Assembly: GCA_963809485.1 (NCBI GenBank)
Contig: CAWEJX010000007.1
Location: 224,001 to 288,000 of the forward strand
Origin: an uncultured Acidobacteriota bacterium
Lineage (GTDB): Bacteria; Acidobacteriota; UBA6911
Direction of reading: 5' to 3'
DNA length: 64,000 nt
The notes beneath the pieces are model-generated. The model was not told the origin of the DNA, ran no database searches, and was given only the letters and a program-made list of their open reading frames with translations. Positions 40,034 to 52,511 of the stretch are shown in pieces. A program made the translations under genes and the position numbers. Numbering within the stretch: position 1 is the first letter of the stretch; each line of letters opens with the position of its first letter.

Positions 40034-40261
40034 CTACGGGATCGTAATAAACGGACATCCTGGGACAGAGTCGATCAGCGCCGACATAAGGCGCAGTACC
40101 AGGACAGTCCCGCAAACCAGAACGATAAAACATGCGACGATGAACCAAAGGAGAAAGGCGTTCAGTATCCAGGCTGCCAGGCGTCTGGCATCAGGCGCTT
40201 GTATCTGCCAGCGCTGCCTCAGCGCCTCGCCGATCGGGATCAGATCTCCTTCATCCGGCAT
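40034..40261 (-). CDS. Small hypothetical membrane protein
   Basis: 75-aa ORF with one long hydrophobic helix, co-oriented in the cluster. Confidence 0.4.
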   Translation of the reverse strand: MPDEGDLIPIGEALRQRWQIQAPDARRLAAWILNAFLLWFIVACFIVLVCGTVLVLRLMSALIDSVPGCPFITIP

Positions 40262-40311
40262 GCGATCTCCAGAGTTGTTTCACAGACGCTGTGTAAAAAC
40301 CGTAGAGCCGA

Positions 40312-40512
40312 TCATTCTTCGGGCTCCTCTTCCGGTCCGTTCCGTTTTTTGTCTATCCTGGCGAGGATGCCCCAGAGTTCCTCGATTGTGTCAAACGCCC
40401 GCTTCCCTTCCGTGCCTACCTGTTCGACCGTTCCCACAAACCGGTGGGCACTGCGCCTGTTATGGCGGTAGATCCGGACAATGTAATCGTCCGAGAAAGC
40501 CGATCGCGTCAT
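40312..40512 (-). CDS. Small hypothetical protein downstream of MalT-like regulator
   Basis: YIVRIYR...VG.VE.VG....AF...EELW.IL pattern; co-oriented with the regulator. Confidence 0.6.
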   Translation of the reverse strand: MTRSAFSDDYIVRIYRHNRRSAHRFVGTVEQVGTEGKRAFDTIEELWGILARIDKKRNGPEEEPEE

Positions 40513-40547
40513 GGGGCTAATAAAAACCCGGATGACTCACAGATGGC

Positions 40548-43500
40548 TCACAGATTGGAGGAAGCGATGAAATTTTCTTTGATTTTTTTGTAGAGCTTCT
40601 CGGTTCCCGGGGAGGGAGTAATTCCGAGTACGAAGGAAAGGGTTTGCTTGCAGCGCATGTACATCGACAGGGCTTCGCTTTTCTGGCCGAGGTGAAGATG
40701 GCACTCCATGGCGTGCCGGTAGAGTTCCTCGGCCAGATTATCCAGGTCCAGGCCCTTTTGATAGCAGTCAAGGGCGTCCTGCCACCTGCCGGTCTGCTCG
40801 TACAGGCCGCCCAGCCACTTGATGTTTCCAAGGAACTTCGTCCTCAAACGCTCCCGCAGCGATAGAGCCCAGGGTTCATCGGTCTCGCCGGCCAGGAAGT
40901 GTCCGGCGTAAATCCCCATGGCCCTCTGAGCCGCATGAAAGGCGCGTTCGGTTTCCCTTTCAGTTTTCGCAAGATCGACGAACCTTTCGAAGACCCGTAG
41001 ATCGACCCAGCACTGCCGGTCATCCAAAGTGAGGCGGCCGTCGCGCAGCTGCAGAGCCTGCGGACATCCCAGAAGGGCCCGCAAGCGCTGCAGGTTCACC
41101 TCAAAGGAATGATGCGCCGCATCCCCCTCGGCCTCGGGCCACAGGATATCGGCAATCGCCTCCTCCCTCACACCTTTCCCGCCGAGAGCAAGCAGGACCT
41201 TCAGGAGGTCGAGCGGCTTCTTCCTGGCCTTCCGCGAAAACTCGATGGCTTCCCCATCCCGATGGATTTCGAATCGTCCAAGAGTGTAGATCCTGATCGC
41301 CCAAGGCCACTTGTCAATTTCCAGAGGGGGCGTGTCGGGCAAAAGATGGAGGGTCCGGACAAGTTCCTGAACATACGGCACTTCGATATCATGTTCCAGC
41401 GCCTTTGCGCACAAGCGCGCGAGCACGGCCGGCTGCCAATGGAGCATGATCGTCTTGTACTGATGCTCCACTCCTATTTTCATCGCAGACCGGAGCGCCC
41501 CCACCGCCCGCTTTTCTTTCTCTGCATCGAACAGAAAGTGCGCTTCATCGAGCAGGGAAAAATAGGCGAAATAGGGAGAGCTTCCCATTTTGGAAATAAT
41601 CCGTTTGGTCTTCGAGACCTGGAGAAGGGCCGCCTCATGGTCCCCTTTCGCATGCCGGATTTTGGCGATGAGCTGGCGAATGAGGATTTCGGGGATTGGA
41701 GTAGAGCATTCCTGGCTCATCTGCAGCGCTTTCTCAGCAAGAGCGAGGGCATGATGCAATTTGCCGCCAAGGAAGTGAATCCATCCCGAAATGTATGGAT
41801 GCATATTGGACATGGCGCGCGGCGTTCTAGAGGCGATGGCTTCCATCTTTTGAAGGAACTGCTCAGCCAGTGCCGTATCGTTCATGGACAGAGCCGCGGA
41901 AGACGCCAGTGCGTAGACAAAAGCATCCTGTATATGAATCCCATTCTTTCCCGCCAGTTCGATCACTTCTCCGGCCAAAACAATTGCGGACTGAAGCTCG
42001 GAGGACTGAAACAGCTTCGGCCTCATTTCCGTGACTTTCCAGACAATCAAGGACAGGGGGGTGGCGGAAATGGAGAGCGTCATCGCTTTCGCCTGCTTCA
42101 CCAGAGGGTGCATATTGCCCAAATCCCCGAGCCAGAAGAAGTACGTGACGCTATTTGAGATCGCCTGAAGCCGCAGGCTGTCATCACCTATTTCCGACAG
42201 CAGCCCCACAGCCCGATCCAGCCACTTCCGCACATTCGGGCGGGGCGGAATGGCCCAGGTAAAAAGCCCGACCACGCTTGCCGCTACCCGGGCCTCAATC
42301 TCAGGAGAAGGGAATACCGGGTGGTCGCGAAGCCGGGTCTCGAACCATTCAAACCACGAGGTCAGAGGGGTGAAGTTGTCCCACGCGAGAAGTATGCTGT
42401 CGACCGCGCCGGACCAGGCGAGAAGCGTTCCGGTCACGTCGTTTTGAGCCTCGAAAAGATGAAAGGCCTTTTCGAAACAGGCCGTGCTTTGCAGCGGGCT
42501 TTGGGGCATGAAGCACACGGCCCTCCAGTAGAGAAGCCAGGGAGATGTACTCAGGCCTTCAGGAGGCATTGCCGCCAGCCATTTTTCGACGACCTTGTAC
42601 CTGCCCTGAGAGATAAGCGCCGGCGCCTGAGCAAGGATGAAACGGGCCAGGTTGTTCCAATCCGTTGTCTGGATAAGAAGCTCCGCCGCACCCTCGGTAT
42701 CTCCCGACGACTCGAGCAGGCGCGCCGTCTTGGCCAAAATGGCCGTAATCTGAGCTGGCGTCATTTCGCTTCTGGCGCGGCTTACAAGAAATTCCCTCAA
42801 GAGCTGATGGTAACGAAAGACCGGTTCCGGAGAATGGTCCCGTTCGGTGAAATAGCTGTTTCGCGTCAGCCGGGAAAGAATAGCGGCTGCATTCGAAAGG
42901 CCGGTGAGTTCTTTGGCCATGCTCACTGTGATTCTGGGCAGGAAAGCCGTTTTGAGCAGGAACACTTGCAGTTCCCTGTCGATTCGGGCGAAGAACTGAG
43001 TTCCAAAATAGTCGATAATATCTTCGCGGCTCAACTTGCCGGGTTCGTCACGGAAGATTTGCACTTTCATGCTCTCCAGCATGAGCACCAATCCCGCAAC
43101 CCATCCATCTGCATCCAGGTGGAGTCGCCTTATGTTTTCCAGGGGAATCTCCCGTCCCCTCAAACGTGCGATTCCCGCCGTTTCCTCGATGGTGAGGCGG
43201 AGATCGTCCCACCCCAGCAGGTTCATGGCGCCGTTCGCCCGCAAGCGGGTGAGGGCTTGGGGAAAGGCATGACGGCTGATCACAATTATATTGATCCCCT
43301 CCGGTATGGCTTCGAACGCCTTGCCCATCACTTCGTGAAGCTGGGAATCATCGGACGTCGAGTGATAGTTGTCGAAAACCAGAAGGTAGCCGTGCTTAAG
43401 CCTGCCGAAAAGGTTCTCAAAAAAACGCAGCGCAAAAACCGGGACACCCCCCTGCAAATATTCCGGAGTGAGCAGCGGCATCGGTTTCCGGATTCTGGGT

Positions 43501-43838
43501 GCAGCCTTCTTCCCCGCCAGTCCCAAATAATAAAAGAAAGTGGCGGGGTCGCCGTCTCCTTCGTCCATCCGGTACCAGAGATACCGAGCCTTGCGTTCCT
43601 TGAGATAGCTCGCGATGAGCGTCGTTTTGCCTGAACCTGCAGGGCCGGAAACCCAGATCAGAGGCCTGTTTCTTTTTTCGTCAAGGGCGCGAAAAAGCCT
43701 CTCGCGGGGGAAAAATGCCTCTATCCGGGGAAGCGTGACTTTTGCCAGAGAAAGGTCGTTCACCCGGTAGACTTCGCCGATGCTTCTCCGGCCGAGTCGC
43801 TCATCGACGCGATAATGACCCATTTTCCTGCCGGTCAT
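40548..43838 (-). CDS. MalT-like STAND ATPase transcriptional regulator with C-terminal wHTH/BTAD (SARP-type) region
   Basis: GPAGSGKTT, LVFDNYH, GWVAGL, FRYHQL, I.TLG.F, LWPEA and BTAD helices. Confidence 0.88.
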   Translation of the reverse strand: MTGRKMGHYRVDERLGRRSIGEVYRVNDLSLAKVTLPRIEAFFPRERLFRALDEKRNRPLIWVSGPAGSGKTTLIASYLKERKARYLWYRMDEGDGDPATFFYYLGLAGKKAAPRIRKPMPLLTPEYLQGGVPVFALRFFENLFGRLKHGYLLVFDNYHSTSDDSQLHEVMGKAFEAIPEGINIIVISRHAFPQALTRLRANGAMNLLGWDDLRLTIEETAGIARLRGREIPLENIRRLHLDADGWVAGLVLMLESMKVQIFRDEPGKLSREDIIDYFGTQFFARIDRELQVFLLKTAFLPRITVSMAKELTGLSNAAAILSRLTRNSYFTERDHSPEPVFRYHQLLREFLVSRARSEMTPAQITAILAKTARLLESSGDTEGAAELLIQTTDWNNLARFILAQAPALISQGRYKVVEKWLAAMPPEGLSTSPWLLYWRAVCFMPQSPLQSTACFEKAFHLFEAQNDVTGTLLAWSGAVDSILLAWDNFTPLTSWFEWFETRLRDHPVFPSPEIEARVAASVVGLFTWAIPPRPNVRKWLDRAVGLLSEIGDDSLRLQAISNSVTYFFWLGDLGNMHPLVKQAKAMTLSISATPLSLIVWKVTEMRPKLFQSSELQSAIVLAGEVIELAGKNGIHIQDAFVYALASSAALSMNDTALAEQFLQKMEAIASRTPRAMSNMHPYISGWIHFLGGKLHHALALAEKALQMSQECSTPIPEILIRQLIAKIRHAKGDHEAALLQVSKTKRIISKMGSSPYFAYFSLLDEAHFLFDAEKEKRAVGALRSAMKIGVEHQYKTIMLHWQPAVLARLCAKALEHDIEVPYVQELVRTLHLLPDTPPLEIDKWPWAIRIYTLGRFEIHRDGEAIEFSRKARKKPLDLLKVLLALGGKGVREEAIADILWPEAEGDAAHHSFEVNLQRLRALLGCPQALQLRDGRLTLDDRQCWVDLRVFERFVDLAKTERETERAFHAAQRAMGIYAGHFLAGETDEPWALSLRERLRTKFLGNIKWLGGLYEQTGRWQDALDCYQKGLDLDNLAEELYRHAMECHLHLGQKSEALSMYMRCKQTLSFVLGITPSPGTEKLYKKIKENFIASSNL

Positions 43839-44213
43839 GGGGGTCACTCCCTCCAAGCCGCCATTCTGAACAAAGCGATAAGACGAAAATTGAAATTGGG
43901 TCGATTATAACGCCCATGAATTCACAATCAACCCGAATCCGCTATCCGGATCCCGACTCGCCCGCAAATCGGGACTCACACGGCGCTTCCCGCCTGCATC
44001 TCCAGCCGCCTTTTCGCATAAGCCCCGGATGTCACGCCAACCGGAATTACCCGAACCTGATTCCGGCCCTCAGTGGCGCAGAAAACGCTGCGCACCAAAT
44101 CCATAGCCCGGCTTTTGCCGACCCAGATTAGAGGGCGTGGACCTGGGCAAGGCCCGGCGCGGCGACGATGCAAAGCCGCTTGTCTTGATTGGATGTTCCT
44201 GCAGGGCTAAGAT

Positions 44214-45128
44214 GTGAGTATGGAGGTCTCCCACAGAAGGGCATTCCCGGTATTGCGGGCGCGGGTACTGTACGCGAAACCATTACCCAGAGTTTGCCTG
44301 GCCTTGCTTGCTGTTTTTGCGGCGCTGGTTTGCGCCGGGTGCCCGCCCAAGGTAGCCCGGGTCAAGGTGTCGAGCGAGGACATCATCCGCTCCAACGAAG
44401 CTTCCAGGGAAGGTGACGTCGCTTTTGCGCGCAAGGATTTTTACGCCGCGCTGATCAAGTATCTCGAAGCCAGCCGGTTGAATCCCAATAATGAATTCAT
44501 CTTCAACCGGGTGGGAATCACCTATTCCCAGTTGCACTACTATCAGGAAGCGAGCGTCGCCTTTCAGCGCTCGATGGCGCTCAATCTCAAATATCCCTAT
44601 TCCGTCAACAACCTCGGTTCCGTCTATTTCGCTCTCAAAGATCTCAAGAAGGCGGAGAAGTATTTCAGAAAAGCCGTCCGCATGAAGGAAGACGAGCCTT
44701 CTTTCCATATGAACCTGGGATCGCTGTACTTTGAGAGGAGGAAGTTCGACCTCGCGATGGCCGCGTGGCAGAGAGGCCTGACCCTGGACCCCGAGATTTT
44801 GACCAAAAACAGCAGCGTCAGCCTGATAGGAGGCAGCACTCCATCCAAGGAGAGGAGCTATTATCTGGCCCGCCTGTTCGCTTCCGCGGGCAACGTGACC
44901 AGGGCCATAGAAAGCCTCCAGCAGGCGTTTACCGACGGATGGTCCGAAATTGCCGCTATTGAAAAGCAGCCCGACTTCGATCGCATACGCAAGGATGAGC
45001 GGTTCGTCGAGTTTCTTAAAAACCTCGAGGTCCTGATCAGACTTAGGGAGAGCGGCGCATCCGGCGATTCGCAAGGCGTTGCGCTCGAAAAGCGGGCGCC
45101 TGACGGCGGCGCGCAGAAACCGCAATAG
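44214..45128 (+). CDS. TPR repeat (lipo)protein
   Basis: Lipobox-like CAGC; NNLGSVY and MNLGSLY TPR motifs. Confidence 0.8.
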   Translation: MSMEVSHRRAFPVLRARVLYAKPLPRVCLALLAVFAALVCAGCPPKVARVKVSSEDIIRSNEASREGDVAFARKDFYAALIKYLEASRLNPNNEFIFNRVGITYSQLHYYQEASVAFQRSMALNLKYPYSVNNLGSVYFALKDLKKAEKYFRKAVRMKEDEPSFHMNLGSLYFERRKFDLAMAAWQRGLTLDPEILTKNSSVSLIGGSTPSKERSYYLARLFASAGNVTRAIESLQQAFTDGWSEIAAIEKQPDFDRIRKDERFVEFLKNLEVLIRLRESGASGDSQGVALEKRAPDGGAQKPQ

Positions 45129-45132
45129 CGGC

Positions 45133-46104
45133 TTATACGCCGCCGGCGGTTCTGCCGGAGAGCTCGATCATCCAGGCCGCCAGCAGCGGCAGCATAATTT
45201 CGTGATGACCGGTGAGGGGAATGCCCCGTCCCCCGTTTTTTAGCGGCCTTTTGAGAACGTTTTCCGTCGGCCGGTAATGCTGGATGAAATCAAGGTTCGC
45301 GGTGGTGAAGTTCTGCAGCGGCCGGCCGCTGTTTCGCACGAGCGTTACGCTTTTTAAGAATACCTCCGGCAAAACCACGGCGGAACCGCAGTTCAAATAA
45401 ACACCTCCTTCGTTCAATTCCGCCACGAGGCCTGCAAAAAGACGAAAATCCCGGTGGCTGCCCAATCCGATCGCTTCCGGAGAGACGTGGGGATGATTGT
45501 GGATAATGTCCGCCCCTATGGTCACATGAACCGTTACGGGAATGCCGATCCGGTAGGCCTGGAGGACAAGGCTGTATTCGCCATAGGCCGGTTTCATGCC
45601 GGCAAGATGCCGGCCCAGCGATTCGCCTATGCCAAGCCCGTCTGCCACGCCCTCGCGAATGGCCTGGTTGATGCCTTGTCCCGTTTCCTCGGCCATGCCG
45701 AAGGCTCCCGTCTGGAGCTGGGCGTCCACGTCTTCGCTGGTAGACCCGATCAGGGCAATTTCATAATCATGAATGATACCCGATCCGTTCAGCGCCAGGC
45801 CCGACATCAGCCCGCGCCTCATCAGATCGATGAGGATCGGGGAAAGGCCCGTTTTGATGACGTGCCCGCCGGCGCCCCAGAGTATAGCCCTGCCGGCTGC
45901 CTGAGCCCTCAGGACGGCATGGGCGAGCTCCCTGAGATTCTGAGCCCCCAGGATGGAAGGAAAGGTTTCCAGAAATTCCGCAACGCTTCCGCCTTTTGTA
46001 TGGGGTCTGCCAAAGCTCCCCACCGCAACCTTGCTCGAGCGGCTGCGTAGTGGATAGGTTTGTATTCTGTCGAGGCCGAAAGGTTTCGTGCGGTATTTGG
46101 ACAT
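45133..46104 (-). CDS. Deoxyhypusine synthase-like protein (GSU2086-type family)
   Basis: GGHVIKTG, GSAVVLPEVFLK, GHHEIMLPLL. Confidence 0.7.
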   Translation of the reverse strand: MSKYRTKPFGLDRIQTYPLRSRSSKVAVGSFGRPHTKGGSVAEFLETFPSILGAQNLRELAHAVLRAQAAGRAILWGAGGHVIKTGLSPILIDLMRRGLMSGLALNGSGIIHDYEIALIGSTSEDVDAQLQTGAFGMAEETGQGINQAIREGVADGLGIGESLGRHLAGMKPAYGEYSLVLQAYRIGIPVTVHVTIGADIIHNHPHVSPEAIGLGSHRDFRLFAGLVAELNEGGVYLNCGSAVVLPEVFLKSVTLVRNSGRPLQNFTTANLDFIQHYRPTENVLKRPLKNGGRGIPLTGHHEIMLPLLAAWMIELSGRTAGGV

Positions 46105-46110
46105 GATCGA

Positions 46111-46695
46111 TCACAGTCCTTTCATGTTTTCATCCGTCAACTGGCATAGAAGGTGGCCGACCATGATGTGAACTTCCTGAATTCGCGCAGACAGTTGGTG
46201 CGGGACATTCAGGTTATATCGAACCCTGGATGCCAGCCGCCCGCCATCCCTGCCGGTCAGGCCGACAGTGACCATCCCAAGCTCCTCTGCGGCCTCGGTT
46301 GCGCGCAGCACATTGGGGGAGTTTCCGCTCGTTGATAGCGCAAATGCGATATCGCCCTTGCAGCCCAGCGCGCGCACCTGACGGACAAAAACCTGCTCGA
46401 ACCCGTAATCGTTTCCCACTGCCGTCAGAACCGACGTATCCGTAGTCAGCGCGACGGCGGGCATCGGCCGCCGTTCCCGCTGGAACCTGCCAACCCATTC
46501 GGCGGCCAGGTGCTGGGCGTCCGCCGCGCTGCCGCCATTTCCGTAGAGGAGCATCTTGTTGCCGTTCTCCAGCGCCGAACAGATTTCCCGCACAATCCGG
46601 GCAATGAGCTCTTCGTTGTCGCGGAAAAAAGCCCTCTGGAGCTCCAGGCTCTCAGCCACAGTTTTTCGGATGGTTTCGATCATGGACTCAAACAT
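46111..46695 (-). CDS. gmhA: D-sedoheptulose 7-phosphate isomerase
   Basis: GNGGSAADAQH, GNDYG, STSGNS, RIQEVH. Confidence 0.95.
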   Translation of the reverse strand: MFESMIETIRKTVAESLELQRAFFRDNEELIARIVREICSALENGNKMLLYGNGGSAADAQHLAAEWVGRFQRERRPMPAVALTTDTSVLTAVGNDYGFEQVFVRQVRALGCKGDIAFALSTSGNSPNVLRATEAAEELGMVTVGLTGRDGGRLASRVRYNLNVPHQLSARIQEVHIMVGHLLCQLTDENMKGL

Positions 46696-46799
46696 CGGTC
46701 AGCCTGTGAGGGATGTCAAGTCATAAAAAACGGATTCGAAATTCGGAATTCGAGTCTGTGAGAAACCGGGGCCGCGGTCTTTCAATACTTTGGCGCGGA

Positions 46800-46828
46800 T
46801 TGACTCGCATGCCCCTATCTGTTAGATT
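46800..46828 (+). promoter_or_regulatory. Sigma70-type promoter of secA
   Basis: TTGACT-N17-TAGATT. Confidence 0.6.
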
Positions 46829-46860
46829 AGGCCATTTATAGCCTCTGGAGAACTTCTCCA

Positions 46861-49530
46861 ATGTTCGGTGCGATTCTCACCAAAATAGTCGGCAGCAAAA
46901 ACGATCGCGATCTGAAGCAGATAACTCCTATCGTTCAGCGCATCAGCGACCTTGAAGCCGAGATGGCGCAGCGGTCCGACGTCGAGCTGGCCGGGCTTAC
47001 GCCCAAATTCCGCGAGCGCCTTGCCAACGGGGAGGCCCTGGACGACATCCTCCCGGAAGCTTTCGCGGCCGTGCGGGAGGTCGGCAAGCGAACCCTGAAC
47101 ATGAGACACTTCGATGTCCAGCTTATCGGTGGAGTCGTCCTCCACCGGGGGCGCATAGCCGAGATGAAAACCGGTGAAGGGAAAACGCTGGTCGCCACGC
47201 TGCCGGCCTACCTGAATGCGCTGGAAGGAAAAGGCGTTCACATCGTCACCGTCAACGACTACCTGGCCGGACGCGACGCCGAATGGATGGGCAAAATTTA
47301 CCAGGCGCTCGGTTTGACCGTAGGCTGCGTCCAGCACCCCCTGACGGACGAAGAACGCAAGACCGCGTACGCCTACGACATCACTTACGGCACGAACAAC
47401 GAACTGGGATTCGATTACCTCCGCGACAACATGAAGTATGAGCTGAAGGATTGTGTCCAGCGGGGATTCAACTTCGCCATCGTCGACGAAGTGGATTCCA
47501 TCCTCATCGATGAGGCGAGGACACCGCTCATCATTTCAGGGCCCGCCGAGGAATCCACAGACAAATACTTTAAAGTGGACCGGATCGTGCCCAGGCTGAG
47601 GCGGGACATCGATTACCAGGTGGACGAGAAGGCCAGGACGGTGAACCTGACCGAGGAGGGGGTTGAGAAGGCCGAGAAGCTGCTCAATGTCGGCAACCTG
47701 TTCGAGCCGCAGAATATGGACTGGGTCCACCATACCTACCAGGCCCTGAAAGCCCATCTGCTTTTCAAGCGGGATGTGGACTACATGGTCAAGGACGGGG
47801 AAGTGGTCATCGTCGACGAATTCACCGGCAGGCTGATGCCGGGACGGCGGTACAGCGACGGTTTGCACCAGGCGCTCGAAGCCAAGGAAAACGTCAAAAT
47901 CGAGCGGGAAAACCAGACCCTCGCCACGATCACTTTTCAGAACTATTTCCGCATGTACAAAAAGCTGTCCGGCATGACCGGAACCGCTGAAACCGAGGCG
48001 GAGGAGTTCTATAAAATATACAAGCTGGAAGTGAATGTAATCCCCACCAACAGAACCCTCATCCGCACGGAATTCCCGGACATCATCTACCGGACGGAGC
48101 GTGAGAAGTACAACGCCGTCGTCGAGGAAATCAAGGATTTATATGAGAGGGGCCGGCCCGTCCTGGTAGGGACGATCTCGATTGAAAAATCGGAGAAGCT
48201 GAGCGTATTGCTGAAAAGGCAGGGCATTCCCCATGTCGTTTTGAATGCCAAATACCACGCCAAGGAAGCGGAAATAGTCGCGCAGGCCGGCCGCAGAAAG
48301 GCTGTCACGATCGCCACCAACATGGCAGGGCGCGGGACGGACATCCTCCTGGGGGGTAATCCCGAGTTTCTCACACTGCAGGCGCTGCGTGAGAAAGGCC
48401 TGGACGCCTCGACAATGCCCAAGGAGGAGTACGAACGCATCCGAAACCATTGGACGGAGGTCTGCCCCAAAGAACACGACGCGGTGGTCGGGCTGGGCGG
48501 GCTGCACATCCTCGGGACGGAGCGCCACGAGGCGCGGCGCATCGACAACCAGCTGCGCGGACGGTCCGGCAGGCAGGGAGATCCGGGCTCATCCAGGTTC
48601 TATCTTTCATTGGAAGATGACCTCATGAGGATCTTCGCCAGCGACCGCATTTCGGGCATCATGCAATCGCTGGGGATGGAAGAAGGCGTCCCGATCGAAA
48701 GCAAACTCATCACGCGCCAGATCGAAAGAGCCCAGAAACAGGTGGAAGCCAGGAATTTCGAAATCCGCAAACACCTCCTGGAATACGACGACGTAATGAA
48801 CAAGCAGCGGGAAGCGATTTACGCGATCAGGCGGGAGCTTCTGGAGGGGGCGGATCAGAGAGAATATATCCTGGAACTGGCCAACGACATCATGAGCGAT
48901 CTGCTGGACAGGCACACTCCCAGGGAAAAGCCTGTCGATACCTGGGACCTGGAGGGCCTTCGCGTCAGCGCCGGAAACCAGTTTGGCTTCGACATGGCTC
49001 AGCTCGGCATCGATGGCAAGGATGCGGGCTATCAGGAACTCGCGGGAAAACTGCTGGATAATGTCCGGAAGATTTACGAGGACAAGGAGAAGCGGTTCGG
49101 CACGGAATATATCAGGTTCCAGGAACGCATGATCATGCTGCAGGTCCTGGACATGCAGTGGAAAGACCACCTGTATAATCTCGATCATTTGAAGGAAGGC
49201 ATCGGCCTTCGCGGTTACGGTCAGCGGGATCCACTCATAGAATATAAAAAAGAAAGCTTCGACATGTTTGAAGCGCTGCGGACCCGCATAGAGGAGGAAA
49301 CGATCCGTTTTCTCTATCTTTTCGAGCCGATAAGCAGGGAAGAACAGAATGCCCGCGAACGGGAGCGCGAGGACGCGCGCCGGAAAGCTCAAAGGCAGCA
49401 GGACCTGGTTTACAGCGCAGGGGATTCGGCCTCCGCAGCCCCTGCAAAACGGGAAATGGCCAAAGTCGGAAGAAACGATCCTTGCCCGTGCGGCAGCGGC
49501 AAAAAATTCAAGAAATGTCACGGTGCGTAG
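46861..49530 (+). CDS. secA: Preprotein translocase ATPase SecA
   Basis: [28 protein letters not shown]-terminal [22 protein letters not shown]. Confidence 0.98.
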   Translation: MFGAILTKIVGSKNDRDLKQITPIVQRISDLEAEMAQRSDVELAGLTPKFRERLANGEALDDILPEAFAAVREVGKRTLNMRHFDVQLIGGVVLHRGRIAEMKTGEGKTLVATLPAYLNALEGKGVHIVTVNDYLAGRDAEWMGKIYQALGLTVGCVQHPLTDEERKTAYAYDITYGTNNELGFDYLRDNMKYELKDCVQRGFNFAIVDEVDSILIDEARTPLIISGPAEESTDKYFKVDRIVPRLRRDIDYQVDEKARTVNLTEEGVEKAEKLLNVGNLFEPQNMDWVHHTYQALKAHLLFKRDVDYMVKDGEVVIVDEFTGRLMPGRRYSDGLHQALEAKENVKIERENQTLATITFQNYFRMYKKLSGMTGTAETEAEEFYKIYKLEVNVIPTNRTLIRTEFPDIIYRTEREKYNAVVEEIKDLYERGRPVLVGTISIEKSEKLSVLLKRQGIPHVVLNAKYHAKEAEIVAQAGRRKAVTIATNMAGRGTDILLGGNPEFLTLQALREKGLDASTMPKEEYERIRNHWTEVCPKEHDAVVGLGGLHILGTERHEARRIDNQLRGRSGRQGDPGSSRFYLSLEDDLMRIFASDRISGIMQSLGMEEGVPIESKLITRQIERAQKQVEARNFEIRKHLLEYDDVMNKQREAIYAIRRELLEGADQREYILELANDIMSDLLDRHTPREKPVDTWDLEGLRVSAGNQFGFDMAQLGIDGKDAGYQELAGKLLDNVRKIYEDKEKRFGTEYIRFQERMIMLQVLDMQWKDHLYNLDHLKEGIGLRGYGQRDPLIEYKKESFDMFEALRTRIEEETIRFLYLFEPISREEQNAREREREDARRKAQRQQDLVYSAGDSASAAPAKREMAKVGRNDPCPCGSGKKFKKCHGA

Positions 49531-49536
49531 GGCTGA

Positions 49537-51060
<1,524 letters not shown>

Positions 51061-51286
51061 CCCAGACAAATTACGAATGACGAATGACGAATCAAAAAGC
51101 CTTAAATAGAGCTTCTTCCATATAACTAAATCTGTAATCTGTCTGTCCCGGCATGGCTTTCCAGGAGCATTCACAGGATGTCTGTTTCAATTCGTAAATC
51201 GTCACTCGTAATTCGTAATTTTGTTTAGACTTTTCCACTCATACACAAATCCTTAAACATAGCTCCCTGTTTCGAGGAATCCATTA

Positions 51287-51862
51287 ATGGCAGAAACCGA
51301 GGAAGCTGTCCGACGATTTCTCGAGGGGGAAGAAGAGGCTTTCGATCGGATTGTGCGGCGCTGGGAGAGGAAGGTTTACAACCTTGCCTGGCGCATGCTT
51401 GGCAACCGAGAAGACGCCCAGGATGTAACTCAGGAAACTTTTCTTTCCATCTTCAAGTCAATAAAGAATTTGCGGGATCCGGACAGATTTTCGGCTTGGC
51501 TGTATCAGATCACCCTGAATCATTGTCGGGCCAGGTGGAAATCACGCGCCTCGAATTTGGCCGTCGAGGATTCACTTTCCTCAGAGGCCGGAGAGGAAGG
51601 AGAAAACCCTTTATCCGCGCTGTCGGCTCCGGCGAAAGCCGATTCATTGGAGGCCATGGACCTGATACGGAAAGCATTGGCCGGCCTCAGCGAGGATCAC
51701 CGAACCGCCGTGATTCTAAAGGAGTATATGGGGCTCAGCCTCGAGGAGTTGGCGCAGGTCATGGGATGCCCTCTTTCCACGGCGAAGTCGCGCCTTTACC
51801 ATGGGCTCCGGGAAGTGCAGGAAAACCTGATTCGCCTCGGAATTAAGCCTCGCTCTCAGTAG
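51287..51862 (+). CDS. ECF RNA polymerase sigma factor
   Basis: DAQDVTQETF, FSAWLYQI, STAKSRLYHG. Confidence 0.9.
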   Translation: MAETEEAVRRFLEGEEEAFDRIVRRWERKVYNLAWRMLGNREDAQDVTQETFLSIFKSIKNLRDPDRFSAWLYQITLNHCRARWKSRASNLAVEDSLSSEAGEEGENPLSALSAPAKADSLEAMDLIRKALAGLSEDHRTAVILKEYMGLSLEELAQVMGCPLSTAKSRLYHGLREVQENLIRLGIKPRSQ

Positions 51863-51930
51863 AGGCAGCCTCCCGGCCGCCGTTGCATGATGAGAAGCGA
51901 TAAACAGACATTTAACAAGGAACGATCGCC

Positions 51931-52482
51931 ATGCGCTGTGAAGAAATCCAGGAACGTTTCGTGGAAGCCCTGTATGATGAGTACAGCGGTTCACCGGAAA
52001 GTGCTGATTTAAGAGAACATTTGCGAACTTGCGCCGCCTGCCGCGCTGAACTGGACGAATTGAAACAGACACGGAAGTCATTGGGGCTCTGGAGGGACGA
52101 GCCTCCCCTGCAAAGCATTGCCGTGGCAGGACGGAAACCTCTTGTCCCTGCCGCATCCGGATGGGGATATCTGCGCTATGCAGCCATAGCGGCTTTGGCC
52201 GTGATATCTCTTTTAGCCATTGCAAATACGCAAGTTAAATGGAACAAGGAGGAATTTTCCTTCAGCGCGCGCCTGTGGCCGGCACCTGAAAGCGGGAAAG
52301 ATTACTATACAAAGGACGAAGTTCGCGACCTCCTCAAGCGGTCCCTGGAAGACAGTGAATCCCGCACAAACGAAACCAATTACCTGATGATGCAGAAAGT
52401 GCTGGACACGGTCGAGCAGGATCGATGGATGGACCTGAACCTGATCCGCAACACAGGGGGCAGGTATCAGAATAAAAACTGA
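51931..52482 (+). CDS. Anti-sigma factor (zf-HC2) with TM helix
   Basis: MRC...HLRTCAAC ZAS motif. Confidence 0.85.
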   Translation: MRCEEIQERFVEALYDEYSGSPESADLREHLRTCAACRAELDELKQTRKSLGLWRDEPPLQSIAVAGRKPLVPAASGWGYLRYAAIAALAVISLLAIANTQVKWNKEEFSFSARLWPAPESGKDYYTKDEVRDLLKRSLEDSESRTNETNYLMMQKVLDTVEQDRWMDLNLIRNTGGRYQNKN

Positions 52483-52511
52483 CTGCTTTTGGGCTCAACA
52501 GGCATATATTC

